NCBI GenBank assembly: GCA_963811105.1
Contig: CAWEPZ010000011.1
Span: 288,001-352,000, forward strand
Direction of reading: 5' to 3'
DNA from: Candidatus Bathyarchaeota archaeon
GTDB taxonomy: Archaea > Thermoproteota > Bathyarchaeia > Bathyarchaeales > Bathycorpusculaceae
Length of the DNA stretch: 64,000 nt
Position 1 is the stretch's first letter; each line of letters starts with the position of its first letter. Positions 11,205 through 21,643 of this stretch are shown one piece after another. Below the pieces are notes generated by a model. The model searched no databases. It was not told the DNA's origin and saw only the letters and a list, made by a program, of their open reading frames with translations. Made by a program: the position numbers and the translations under genes.

Positions 11205-11603
11205 CGCGTAAAAGTAAAAGTTATAGCCGGCAAAGTGGATCAAACAGAGGGGCGCGTTAGAGACATAGCAATTGATATATAGTATTTTGACATCGAGTTA
11301 GCGGCTGGCAAAGCATTCGATCACTGTACACCAAAGACTCACACAATGTTTGCTTATGCCATTTAAGGGATCAATACAAACTGGAGGCAAAACCATTATG
11401 TATTGTCGGTGAGCAGTTTTTGGCGAAGGTGATTCTCTTAAGATAGATTCGGCAAAAGGCAGGCGTTTCCTATTTGTGTCTGGTGAATCGTTGAAAGAGC
11501 CCGTGGCTTGGAGAGGACCAATTGTAATGAATACTCAATAAGAACTAAACTTAGCTTTTGAAGAGCTTGACATGGGTACATTTATTAAAGCAGTAATAGT
11601 TTG
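11205..11603 (+). pseudogene. pirin C-terminal remnant
   Basis: VKVIAGKV..., RFLFVSGESLKEPVAWRGPIVMNTQ*ELNLAFEELDMGTFIK with several stops. Confidence 0.85.
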
Positions 11604-11625
11604 AAAAAAATGAGGTGAAAGATTA

Positions 11626-11955
11626 ATGAGCAAAGCCAAAAGAAACGAATCAAAAACCCCAAGAAAAAGCATTTTTGACGAAAGGATAAAGAACAATGAC
11701 AAAGCAGTTGTCCTATTTTACGCGACCTGGTGCCCATTTTCCCAGAGGTTCTTGCCTATCTTTGAAGAATACTCTAAAAAAAATCCGAAAGAATGCCTTC
11801 GCGTTATTGTGGATGAAGAACCCGATGTCTGCGAAGAATACAACATAGAATATTATCCAACGGTGATAATGTTCAAAAAAGGAAAGGTGCACAAGCGCTT
11901 AGACTCCAAACCAGGGATCGGCTTAAACGAAAAACAATTAAAGGATCTTTACTGA
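11626..11955 (+). CDS. thioredoxin family protein (CxxS)
   Basis: VVLFYATWCPFS, YNIEYYPTVIMFKKG. Confidence 0.9.
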   Translation: MSKAKRNESKTPRKSIFDERIKNNDKAVVLFYATWCPFSQRFLPIFEEYSKKNPKECLRVIVDEEPDVCEEYNIEYYPTVIMFKKGKVHKRLDSKPGIGLNEKQLKDLY

Positions 11956-12029
11956 AAAACGGTGAGACCCCGAAGTCTTGATAAATCCAGAGGAATGGAC
12001 AGAAAATAACCAAGATAGGACGCCTGAAC

Positions 12030-12833
12030 ATGACAAGAAATACCGAAATTATGCCCGTTATATTCGTTGGACACGGTTCACCAATGAACATAATTTTGAA
12101 CAATGACTACACTAATAGTTTGAAACAAGCAGCCAAAGAAATCCCTAAACCCCGTGCAATACTAGTAATCTCCGCTCACTGGCTCACAGACGGAACATAT
12201 GTCACATGCGTCAGCAAACCTAAAACTATCTATGATTTCTATGGTTTCCCAGACGAACTATACCAAATTTCCTACCCCAGTCCAGGCTCACCTAAAGATG
12301 CAGAATTAACAATTAATGTTGTTAAGTCAACCGAAGTAAAATGTGGCGATTGGGGATTAGACCATGCCGCTTGGGCTGTCCTAAAACACATGTTTCCAAA
12401 TGCAGACATTCCAGTTTTTGAGATGAGTCTAGATTATTCTCCCTACAACAATTGGAACCCAAAACCTATAGAACATCATTATCGATTAGCCTCAGAGCTT
12501 GCCCCTCTTAGAGAAAGAGGAGTACTTATTATCGGCAGCGGCAACATCGTTCACAATTTAAGCCTAATTGATTTTGATATAGATGCCCAACCTTTTGAGT
12601 GGGCTGTTCAATTTGACGAAAAAGTTAAACAATGCCTAGTTTCAAGGGATCATAAAAGCCTCATAAATTATTCTACCATTGGCAAAGAAGCAGTCTATGC
12701 AGTGCCAACCCAAGATCATTACCTGCCCATGATTTACGCAATTGGGCTTCAGAAAAAAGAGGATAGACTGAAATTTATTCATGAGGGATTTCAGTTCGGA
12801 TCAGTTTCAATGAGGGCCTTTCAAATCGGATAG
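12030..12833 (+). CDS. ygiD: LigB-family extradiol dioxygenase (4,5-DOPA dioxygenase-like)
   Basis: FVGHGSPMN, ISAHW, YDFYGFP, WGLDH, GSGNIVHNL, PTQDHYLP. Confidence 0.92.
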   Translation: MTRNTEIMPVIFVGHGSPMNIILNNDYTNSLKQAAKEIPKPRAILVISAHWLTDGTYVTCVSKPKTIYDFYGFPDELYQISYPSPGSPKDAELTINVVKSTEVKCGDWGLDHAAWAVLKHMFPNADIPVFEMSLDYSPYNNWNPKPIEHHYRLASELAPLRERGVLIIGSGNIVHNLSLIDFDIDAQPFEWAVQFDEKVKQCLVSRDHKSLINYSTIGKEAVYAVPTQDHYLPMIYAIGLQKKEDRLKFIHEGFQFGSVSMRAFQIG

Positions 12834-13006
12834 CAAACAACTAACCAAGTTAATAGAAAAAATGAATTATGTCAAAAAAAAAGAACGAATAACTATAAAA
12901 GGGCGACTAAAACGAAACTTGATGGTGAAATACGAAAAAGCAATTTTATGGTTCTTAATAATAGAATATAGTACCCAAATCCCAAAAAACCATCACAATG
13001 CAGAAA

Positions 13007-14233
13007 TTAGGTTGCCTTTTCTTCAGGCATTTTGATTTTTCTGAAATAGACCCAGAAGAGCCCTATAGATGTAGCATAGAGAAGGCTTGCCAAAAAGAAG
13101 GGAAGAGATAGCAACCCCATTGACATTAGGAAGGCGCCGATAAATGTGCTCAGTGCACTCGGGAGTCGCCAAAGGCCAGCGTTAACCCCTGAAGCCATTC
13201 CACGTTCATCCTCATCGACTAACCCCATAATCAGAGATTGAGACAATGGACTTGCCATGTTCATTAGAAAAGCTCGTACGCAATAAACCGAACTCGCAAT
13301 AATGTAGCTGGCAAATAGAGGAGTTGCGAACATGAAGATAGTAGATGCGGCTTGAGTGACAACAATAGCCTTCACTAGACCAAACTTCTTCGCAATCGGG
13401 GGACCAGTGAGAGTTGCAACTCCAATAGCAATGCTTACCAAGCCTAGTATGGGACCACTGACAACGTCGGGAATGCCATATTGTAGCCTCAGCCAAGCGG
13501 TCATTAGAGGTACCACCATGCCTGCACCAAACGCGATTATTGCGCTGGTTAGGACGTATTTTGCCAATATGCTTCTTGACCGTTTATGAGAAGCTCTCGC
13601 TTCCTCATCGATTTCTAATTTCTTTTGTTTTTTGCTTCTGTCAGATTCCTTGACCTTTAGCAAGATAACTGTTGAAGCAAGACTAAAAGCAGCTAACATC
13701 ACGTAAAGCAAGCCATGGCTTACTTTATTAGTAAAGCCTAATAATTGAAAAATCACTATGGCAGGAATTGCTAAACTTCCAATGCCATAGGCCATACTAC
13801 TTGCAAATCCGTAAAGTGAAAAAACGCTGTTTCTTTTCTCATGGACCGCATGCTCGGCAAGCAATGCACCGCTGGATGCAGAGAATGCTGACTCAGAAAT
13901 GCCCTCGAAAACTGCAGCAACTATCAGTGCTACTGGATTTGTGGTGAAGGCGAAAACGGTGATTATTATACCTGCCATTACATTGCCTAAAATGAGCGTT
14001 TTCTTTCTGCCGTACTTATCAGCGGCCACTCCTAAGGGTATGCTTGATGCGAAAGTTGATATGCCCATCGTGGTTATAACGATCCCCATGAAACTGTAAG
14101 ATAATCCTTGAACAGAGGTTAGGAAATAAGATATGTCCGTGTAGAACATCCCATATGCAATTGACGGCAAAATAGCTTGGATAATCAAGAGTTTTGCCTC
14201 CTTAGGCAAGCCTTGGTAACTGCTGAACATCAT
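13007..14233 (-). CDS. MFS transporter
   Basis: About 12 TM helices, motif A GVAADKYGRKK. Confidence 0.92.
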   Translation of the reverse strand: MMFSSYQGLPKEAKLLIIQAILPSIAYGMFYTDISYFLTSVQGLSYSFMGIVITTMGISTFASSIPLGVAADKYGRKKTLILGNVMAGIIITVFAFTTNPVALIVAAVFEGISESAFSASSGALLAEHAVHEKRNSVFSLYGFASSMAYGIGSLAIPAIVIFQLLGFTNKVSHGLLYVMLAAFSLASTVILLKVKESDRSKKQKKLEIDEEARASHKRSRSILAKYVLTSAIIAFGAGMVVPLMTAWLRLQYGIPDVVSGPILGLVSIAIGVATLTGPPIAKKFGLVKAIVVTQAASTIFMFATPLFASYIIASSVYCVRAFLMNMASPLSQSLIMGLVDEDERGMASGVNAGLWRLPSALSTFIGAFLMSMGLLSLPFFLASLLYATSIGLFWVYFRKIKMPEEKAT

Positions 14234-14396
14234 ATTTCACCGGAATGATCTTTCTTAGTTAGTTTCCATTTTTCCGCTCGATTCTTAATTTTAATCAATA
14301 GCGAAGTTCGAAGATTAATCAGTTCTATTTTCTTACTTAATATTTTTAAGAATAGCGATTGAACTCAAACACCTGAATGATTTGACTTAAAAAAAA

Positions 14397-16263
14397 CTAT
14401 ATGTCCATAAATAACATACAAACTGAAAACAAAGAGCTCTTCTCAATTTTTTATGCCCAACTGTAGTCTTAGCTATTGATGAAGACAGCCAAAGACTACA
14501 GCGGGGCAAAATCACTATACTTCAAACCAGAATTAAAGCTGTGCCCAAACTGCAACAAGCCACTCAAAAGAAGCCACATTGCATGGAGCAAACACATCAT
14601 CACCCTCAACGGCACCTTCCACGTAACCAGCATAGCCTACAAATGCAGCAACACCCTATGCCCACAACCTCAAGCTGCCTACCACTCCAAAGAAGCAGAA
14701 ATGCTTAGCATCAAACACTACCAATTCAGCATAGACGTAATCGCCAAGATAGGACACCTAAGATACAAAGAACACCAAACAATCCGCCAGATCAAGCACA
14801 CACTCAAGAAAAACTTCAAACTAACTATCAGCCGATCAGAAGTAGACCTGCTTCACCAAGCACACTTAGCGCTCACAACTGCAAATAGACAACAAGACAC
14901 CACATTCCTTGATAAAATCAAAGCCAACGGCGGAATCATCTTATCCTTAGACGGCGTCCAACCTGAGAAAGGCAATGAAACCCTCTGGATACTCAAAGAC
15001 ACCAAAACAGGCGAAACGCTCATAGCAAGAAACTTGGCATCAGCCGACCAACACAGCATAGCCCAGCTCATAAAAGAAATCAAAGCCCTAAACATCCCAG
15101 TGAATGGAGTGATAAGCGATGGGCAAAGAAGCATCCGACTCGCCATCGCTCAGGAGCTCCCAGATGTTCCTCACCAGCTGTGCCACTTCCATTTCTTGCG
15201 CAACATAGCCAGACCTATCTCAGGGATGGACCGGGCGTTGAAAGTGGACTTGAAAAAGAAAGTCAGACACATAAAGCCAATTGAGAGAAAAGCCGCTCTT
15301 GAAGGCAGCCGCAAATCAAACGTAATTCTTCAATATTGCCAAACCATCAGGTACGCGCTACAAGAAGACGGTGACTATCCACTCAAGCCAGGAGGCTTGA
15401 AACTTTATCGCAGACTCAGAAAGATTAGACAGTCAATACAGCGAAGCGATAAGGTTTGGCCAAACAGTGATCTCGAGAAGCTTTTTAATGTGCTGAGCAT
15501 TCTGGAAGCGGTGAAAACGCAGTATCGATGCACAAATCGCCTGTACAAGCTCGTCTTCAGAGCCAACAGGATCCTTAGTCAGGATGAAACAGCTGATAAA
15601 GTTGAAGCAGATATGCTTGCGTATTTTGATGAGTTAATAGATCTATTTGCGCGTTCTAAGATGAGAGTTGAAAGAGCAGCATTCGAGAACATACTAAGGT
15701 ATGCGGCAGGTTACTGGGCAGGTTTGTTTCATTATTATGACCGCAGAGATATTCCGAGGACAAACAACGAGTTAGAAGTGTACATTCGTTCTTTGAAGAC
15801 ATCTTATCGTAAGACAACTGGAAGATCAAGCTGCCAAGATTACATCATACGTTATGGTGCATATGTGTGCTTGTTAGATTCATTGGTTTCTCAGGAGCAT
15901 ATACTGTTTGGTCTGCGGCGTGTGAGTTATAGATTGTTTCGTAGATGCTTTGCTGAGATCAGGAGCTTTAGAGGTAGGCTTAGCTTTAAGCGTGCTTTGT
16001 CGGAAGACTTGAACGGTTTCCTTTGTGAGCTTGAGCTTGATTGGGCTAAGATTATTGTTTGACCCTGCGAAGAGAAATCTGTAAATATTGTATGTTACTG
16101 GTAAAGCCCTTTCATGCTCTTGACGTTTTTTTCTGAAGATAGTTTTGACAGTTTGTTCAAAAAGCTTGAAGGATTTTCTTTGCGTAAATTCAATAGGAAA
16201 GTAGTTTTTCTAAAACCTAATCTTTCAGAGCCAGGACAATGTATGCTGGTTATGGACATATGG
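14397..16263 (+). mobile_element. complete IS (IS256/ISH6-like DDE) with 24-bp TIRs and 8-bp A8 target duplication
   Basis: CTATATGTCCATAAATAACATACA (14397) versus reverse complement CCATATGTCCATAACCAGCATACA (16263); A8 at 14389-14396 and 16264-16271. Confidence 0.88.
14476..16062 (+). CDS. DDE transposase (Mutator/IS256-like)
   Basis: N-terminal Zn finger, LSLDG, VISDG, HQLCHFH, PRTNNELE. Confidence 0.88.
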   Translation: MMKTAKDYSGAKSLYFKPELKLCPNCNKPLKRSHIAWSKHIITLNGTFHVTSIAYKCSNTLCPQPQAAYHSKEAEMLSIKHYQFSIDVIAKIGHLRYKEHQTIRQIKHTLKKNFKLTISRSEVDLLHQAHLALTTANRQQDTTFLDKIKANGGIILSLDGVQPEKGNETLWILKDTKTGETLIARNLASADQHSIAQLIKEIKALNIPVNGVISDGQRSIRLAIAQELPDVPHQLCHFHFLRNIARPISGMDRALKVDLKKKVRHIKPIERKAALEGSRKSNVILQYCQTIRYALQEDGDYPLKPGGLKLYRRLRKIRQSIQRSDKVWPNSDLEKLFNVLSILEAVKTQYRCTNRLYKLVFRANRILSQDETADKVEADMLAYFDELIDLFARSKMRVERAAFENILRYAAGYWAGLFHYYDRRDIPRTNNELEVYIRSLKTSYRKTTGRSSCQDYIIRYGAYVCLLDSLVSQEHILFGLRRVSYRLFRRCFAEIRSFRGRLSFKRALSEDLNGFLCELELDWAKIIV

Positions 16264-16385
16264 AAAAAAAAGAGTTTAGGAATGAACTCTTACTTTGGTG
16301 GAATATGAACTAAGCATTGAACTTAGTTGCGATCGGTAAACTGTGGTTTCAATCTTATTCGTGCGTTTAGTCGAGGTCGACTTTT

Positions 16386-17753
16386 TTAGTACAGTAAGTC
16401 AAACCTTCTTCCTACATAGAGAATTTGAACGTTAAGATTTCTTGAGTATCGTTTCTTCAAAGTTGTAACCAAAATTGCCAAGGTCAAAAGAATAGCCAGG
16501 CTAATTACTAAAACGATAATGGCGTTCAGGGTGCTCTTTTTACCTTGAGCAGGCGAGCTTTCCATTTCAATCGCCCGATAGATTCCCCAGTTTTCAGGAA
16601 AAGTGTAAGTTCTCACTATTTGCCCTTTCGGATTGACTTCAATCAAAACTGCCCCATCGCTATGGGTTAGGTTATTCCAGAAAATTGCGTGGGTCTGAGA
16701 CCCAAATGTTCCGAGCCGATCGCCGTTAGGCAGGCGGTCTACTTCGCCCCAGTACGGCGTCCAAAACTCTTTCGGTGCAGTCCAACTCCAACTTACAAAC
16801 GCTGTTTTGCTTGTTTCATTAACTGTAAGCTCAATTAATCTACTGCTTGTGTTTAGAGGATTAGTCTGGTTGTGGAAATCGTTATCAAACATTTCAAAAA
16901 CGTCTGGTTCAACCTCCTTGAGCGCGTGACTGTGATACCACAAGCTATTCACTGCTTGACCTTGTGGGTTTAAAAGTGTGAAATCTCCATGTTCGCCGCA
17001 GCTCCAAATTAGTTCTCCGCTCGTTTTGTTGATTTTGCAGAAAGTGTTCAAGTCGCGAATGTTCAGATAGATTACATTCTGTTTGTAGTTCCACTGGAGA
17101 CTGTTGGTATGTGTTAAGTCTGGAAGCCAATGTCCATTGTAAAACCATGTATCATTGAATGGACAAGCCATGTCAGCATCAAAATGGGGATAGGTGTCCC
17201 AACTCCACATAATCAATCCGCTAGCGTTGTATTCAACGATTTTATCGAAGAGAACCTTAGTCCCATTTATGTCCCTTTCGTAAGAAACAATTGTGAGGAA
17301 GGTACCTGTGTCCGGATTATATTCAATATCGTGGTGGCCTCCGAAGTCCGGTAAATCTATGGTCTGATTAGTTTTCAAATTCCAAAGATGCGTCCCTATC
17401 CAAGCTCCAGGCTCGCCTTGAAACAAAAGCTCATCCTGCGACACCTTCTTTACTGCCCAATAAGAAGCATCATTAGTCTGCCGAAGATCAATCAATTCAC
17501 CATCAGTTTTCATAACGACCAAGTAGCTGCGGTCTGATGATAGCTTGTTTTCACTAAAATTGTCAAATAAACCAAAAGCCAATGTGCCCTCCCAAGCTGC
17601 ACCATTAGTTTGAATTTGGCAGGGTACTACAAAACCTTTAGACAGAGAAGTTGAACCCGCAAATGCAAAAAAATCAGGATTTACCAAGCAAACTACAAGA
17701 AGCGCAGCAAAAAGAAAGACTTTTGTGCCGAATCCCTTCAATACAGAATCCAA
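16386..17753 (-). CDS. aryl-sulfate sulfotransferase (ASST)-family surface protein
   Basis: GHHD, DLTHTNSL, WYHSH, MFDN and RLPNG motifs; signal peptide and C-terminal TM. Confidence 0.8.
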   Translation of the reverse strand: MDSVLKGFGTKVFLFAALLVVCLVNPDFFAFAGSTSLSKGFVVPCQIQTNGAAWEGTLAFGLFDNFSENKLSSDRSYLVVMKTDGELIDLRQTNDASYWAVKKVSQDELLFQGEPGAWIGTHLWNLKTNQTIDLPDFGGHHDIEYNPDTGTFLTIVSYERDINGTKVLFDKIVEYNASGLIMWSWDTYPHFDADMACPFNDTWFYNGHWLPDLTHTNSLQWNYKQNVIYLNIRDLNTFCKINKTSGELIWSCGEHGDFTLLNPQGQAVNSLWYHSHALKEVEPDVFEMFDNDFHNQTNPLNTSSRLIELTVNETSKTAFVSWSWTAPKEFWTPYWGEVDRLPNGDRLGTFGSQTHAIFWNNLTHSDGAVLIEVNPKGQIVRTYTFPENWGIYRAIEMESSPAQGKKSTLNAIIVLVISLAILLTLAILVTTLKKRYSRNLNVQILYVGRRFDLLY

Positions 17754-17807
17754 CTGATACTCAAATTACGCATTTACTTTTGCAGCTATACAGAGTTCAT
17801 TTGCGTT

Positions 17808-18296
17808 TCAAGGATTTACTATCACGGTTCCCCATAATCCTAAAGCAACATGACCGGGAACTTGACAAATGTAAAAGTAGCTACCAGCAGAACCCGCCTT
17901 AAACGTTACTTGACCACTTGATTGCTCATTTATTGGTGGAGTAACTGCCCCCCAAAGTACATTTGCCGATGATGACTTTGTGCTCACTATGGCCCAATTA
18001 TGCTGCATGGCCCCAACATTGTAGACAGTCATTGTATAGGTTTGACCAGTAGTAAGGGTGACAGTGGGTCCTGGATTAGAAGTTAGACTGGTAGAAGTAT
18101 TGCCAAAACCGTATGCCGTCGTTGTGATTTCGCCTTCATACAAAGTAAGGGGGGTACCTAAACCAGCAGGAGGAGATAACGTTGTTTCATAATAATAGAA
18201 TGAACCAAGAATAATCGCCGCAACTATAATCGCTACTAAGGCATATAATAGCCTTCTAGACTTTTTATGTACAATTTCTTTACTTGTTTTTTCCAA
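17808..18296 (-). CDS. membrane-anchored cupredoxin (plastocyanin/rusticyanin-like)
   Basis: QHNW and YICQVPGHVALGLWG Cu-site motifs; TTG start at 18296 with AAGGTG SD. Confidence 0.8.
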   Translation of the reverse strand: MEKTSKEIVHKKSRRLLYALVAIIVAAIILGSFYYYETTLSPPAGLGTPLTLYEGEITTTAYGFGNTSTSLTSNPGPTVTLTTGQTYTMTVYNVGAMQHNWAIVSTKSSSANVLWGAVTPPINEQSSGQVTFKAGSAGSYFYICQVPGHVALGLWGTVIVNP

Positions 18297-18545
18297 GTTT
18301 AACACCTTCTTAATAATTGGCTTGCTTGCGATAAATCGACAGTAAGAGGAGCTTGGATTTAACTTTCTGTTGTTGGCATGACACAATCACGAATTGAAAT
18401 CTGCTTGCATTTATTGAGCTGCATTTGCAGATAGTTTTAAGGAAAAATGTGTCAAACCATTTTCTAAAGAGTGAAATTCAAACCCTAAATACAGCCGCGA
18501 CTTATCATTCATTAAACTTTAAAAACAATAAAAGATAGTAATCTT

Positions 18546-19409
18546 ATGGCAAAAATTTCAGCTGAAAACAGAACTTCTCATTTCATTACATTACCTTCGC
18601 ATACTTATCCTATTTCGGATTCTGTAGCACTAAGAATACATTCAGATACGAAGCCCCAAAACATGAAAATTGCCAACTTGCAAAAAGGCATTGTTCTTTT
18701 GTACAAAGGTGTTGAGGTCGTTGGAGAAGGAACAGGGTTTGGAGTCCCCATCATAAAGTATTTTGACGAAACAATTTTCTCAAGTTCCTCATTTCTAGAA
18801 GTTCATAAGCATGAAAATAACGTCATTGTTCAAAAAGAGTTTTTAATGGATATAATATCTCGAGACAAATTCAGGAATCTCAAACTTGAAAATGCGAAGG
18901 TACGTAAGAAAATAGATTTTATTTCTTTGCTATATCAGAAGCATAGACATCTCGCCCAAGTCATTCTTTTAACTAAAGGTTTACTTTTCAAGTTTGGAGT
19001 TGAATCAGCTTTTGTTAGAACAGCATCAAAAGGCAAAGTGATTGTCACTTATACCATAGATCGAAACCGAATTCTAGTGAAACTTAGTTTCAATCAACTT
19101 GATCAGAATAATCTCCGAAAAATCTTTGTTTTAAACGAACAAGGAGCACATTTTTTCAGAAAATACTCAGATTCAGAAGGACTAAAGCTAAATGATGAAG
19201 AAATCGGGGCTTGGGCAGGTGTCACGGCAAAATCAGCGAAAATAGCAGACACACAAGACAGAATTGGATTCAGGCTAAAGAATATAGAAGGAACCGTATT
19301 GAGGCGAGGAAGGGAAGCTGTGAAAGGATCGCTAGATTGGATTGGTTTAGATTACGAACTTAACTCCATTGATGAACAGTTTGAGTATGAAATTGAAGTT
19401 TTTGGGTGA
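18546..19409 (+). CDS. hypothetical protein co-transcribed with radical SAM gene
   Basis: 287-aa ORF abutting the next gene; GEGTGFGVP motif. Confidence 0.7.
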   Translation: MAKISAENRTSHFITLPSHTYPISDSVALRIHSDTKPQNMKIANLQKGIVLLYKGVEVVGEGTGFGVPIIKYFDETIFSSSSFLEVHKHENNVIVQKEFLMDIISRDKFRNLKLENAKVRKKIDFISLLYQKHRHLAQVILLTKGLLFKFGVESAFVRTASKGKVIVTYTIDRNRILVKLSFNQLDQNNLRKIFVLNEQGAHFFRKYSDSEGLKLNDEEIGAWAGVTAKSAKIADTQDRIGFRLKNIEGTVLRRGREAVKGSLDWIGLDYELNSIDEQFEYEIEVFG

Positions 19410-19415
19410 CTTAAG

Positions 19416-20780
19416 ATTAAGACTGTAACATTAGTTTATCCATACTTCCGTCCTCACGCTGACACGTCCATATTTAGATTTCCACCGCTCGGATTGGGAT
19501 ATATAGCGGCATATTTAAAACAGAATGAAATCTCTGTTGAAATTGTAGACTGCACATTCCTCAGCCAGAAACAGGCTCTAGAAAAAATTATCGAGTCAAA
19601 GCCAAGGATAATTGGAATTCAGTCGATGTATTCAATGAGAAGAAAATCACTGGAACTAGCCCAAATACTTAGGGGCCATTGTGAATTACTGGTTGCAGGA
19701 GGAGCGCTTCCCACCATACAACCTGGGGCTTTTCTAAACGATTTTGATATCGCTGTTATAGGGGAGGGAGAACAAACTATGCTCGAACTCGTTAAGAAGT
19801 TCGAAAATGATGACGATTTGTCTCAGATAAAAGGAATAGCGTATAGAGACAAAGTCACACATGAAGTCAAACAAACGTCTCCTCGAAGTTTAATTGATGA
19901 CTTAGACAAATTGCCTTCTCCTTCAAGGGATTTGTTTGACAACACTTTTTACAAAGATTATTACTCCGGAAAGTTTGGATATAAAACCACAGCAATCATG
20001 ACCTCAAGAGGATGCCCCTTTACCTGTGATTTCTGCAGCCGACCAATCTTTGGTAACGAATTCAGATCAAGGTCTGCCTCAAAAATAGTCGATGAGATAG
20101 AAGAAGTCATTTCTTTAGGCTATAATAGAATATGGTTTGCTGATGATTGTTTTACTTTGAATCGTAACCGACTCATTGAAGTTTGCGACCAGATCATAAA
20201 TCGCAGATTGAAAATTGGCTGGGAATGCCTTTCTAGGGTTGACACGTTGGACTCTGAAACGGCTCACAAAATGAAACAAGCTGGATGCATAAGAATGTTT
20301 TTTGGAATCGAGTCAGGAAACGATTCAATTCTGAAAATCATGAAAAAACAGATAACAACAAAGCAAGCGTACAATGCTATTCAAATATGTAAAGAGATAG
20401 ATATCAAATCAGGAGCGTTCTTTATTTTGGGATACCCTGGAGAAAACGCCAAAACTATTTTAGATACTGTGAAATTCGCGTCACACCTCCCCTTGGATTA
20501 TCTTTCGTTCACTTTGCCTTACCCTATTCCAGGAACACCTTTATTCGAAAGACTAAATGACAAACTGGTTTCAGATGAATGGGAAGAACCTAAGAATATT
20601 CAGATGATAAAGCATAAACTTCTATTTGATTCACAAGTAAGTGAGCTTAAGATGAAGTTCGCTGTCATTAAAGGAATGCTTCAGTTTTACACTCGAAAAT
20701 ACGTAGGCGAAGAAGGCTACAAATACATAGGCAGACCAATCGAAGCCCTGACAGACATAATTTATTACAAAATGAACTAA
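19416..20780 (+). CDS. B12-binding radical SAM protein
   Basis: PPLGLGYIAA B12 domain, TSRGCPFTCDFC, FADD, GIESG, PIPGT; frame is open from 19410 and the probable start is ATT at 19416. Confidence 0.93.
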   Translation: MKTVTLVYPYFRPHADTSIFRFPPLGLGYIAAYLKQNEISVEIVDCTFLSQKQALEKIIESKPRIIGIQSMYSMRRKSLELAQILRGHCELLVAGGALPTIQPGAFLNDFDIAVIGEGEQTMLELVKKFENDDDLSQIKGIAYRDKVTHEVKQTSPRSLIDDLDKLPSPSRDLFDNTFYKDYYSGKFGYKTTAIMTSRGCPFTCDFCSRPIFGNEFRSRSASKIVDEIEEVISLGYNRIWFADDCFTLNRNRLIEVCDQIINRRLKIGWECLSRVDTLDSETAHKMKQAGCIRMFFGIESGNDSILKIMKKQITTKQAYNAIQICKEIDIKSGAFFILGYPGENAKTILDTVKFASHLPLDYLSFTLPYPIPGTPLFERLNDKLVSDEWEEPKNIQMIKHKLLFDSQVSELKMKFAVIKGMLQFYTRKYVGEEGYKYIGRPIEALTDIIYYKMN

Positions 20781-20976
20781 TTAAACTTCCAGAATCCACA
20801 TCTGCTAAACTAATTCTGTTAAGGATTCAATCCAATACCGAGCTTTTGTGCATCATGAAATTACAAGCTATCTGACGATCTATTACGATAGATAATACTC
20901 CAACATATTCTTAAATGCAAAAATCTTTTTTTACAATGCAAAAGATTATAAACGTACATAGCGTACCACTCCAACT

Positions 20977-21096
20977 ATGTCCTATGATACTTTCAAATGT
21001 CCAAATTGCAACGCAAGATTTGCCGATCCTAAACAACTTCAAGAACACAGCGTGAAAATACATAAAGGGCAAGCAAGAAGCAGAGCGATATCTTAG
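20977..21096 (+). CDS. 39-aa C2H2 zinc-finger protein (not in ORF track)
   Basis: FKCPNCNARFADPKQLQEHSVKIH fits F-x-C-x2-C-x3-F-x5-L-x2-H-x4-H; TTATAAA about 30 bp upstream. Confidence 0.75.
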   Translation: MSYDTFKCPNCNARFADPKQLQEHSVKIHKGQARSRAIS

Positions 21097-21643
21097 CTTT
21101 AATTACTATAAATTATTATGTAAATAGAATTATTCCACATTCAAGAGTTAAGTTTACTTAGCAGAATTATTTATCCAATATTAACACAAACAACCAAGAA
21201 TATGCTTCTTATTAACCCGACTAACCAGATATGTACACTGTTTTTCCAATAATTTCCGATTAAACCCGATGATGCGCGATAATTTGCCATAATTCTATAT
21301 GTAGTCAGCAAACACATCAAACTCTAAATTATAAAGCAATCCAAAACATGAAAAACAAAACGGCACGACAAGAATATGGTGGCTTGACAGTCTTCATTTT
21401 TTTCACTTAATATCACTTTTCTTCACTTTGCTTCACTTTCTATCACTCAACAAGCAAAAGAGTCAAACCCCAAAAAAACAACCCGAAGAACAAAGAAAAA
21501 ATTACCGATTAATTCGAAAGCAATGTCTCGATACTGCAAAGTTAGCTCTCTTGCAAACTATAAACTATTGCAATTATTGATCGATATTAGAAAGGAAATC
21601 TATCGAATCCGCAAAGCCTAATCATCTAATGCAATGAGTTAAA

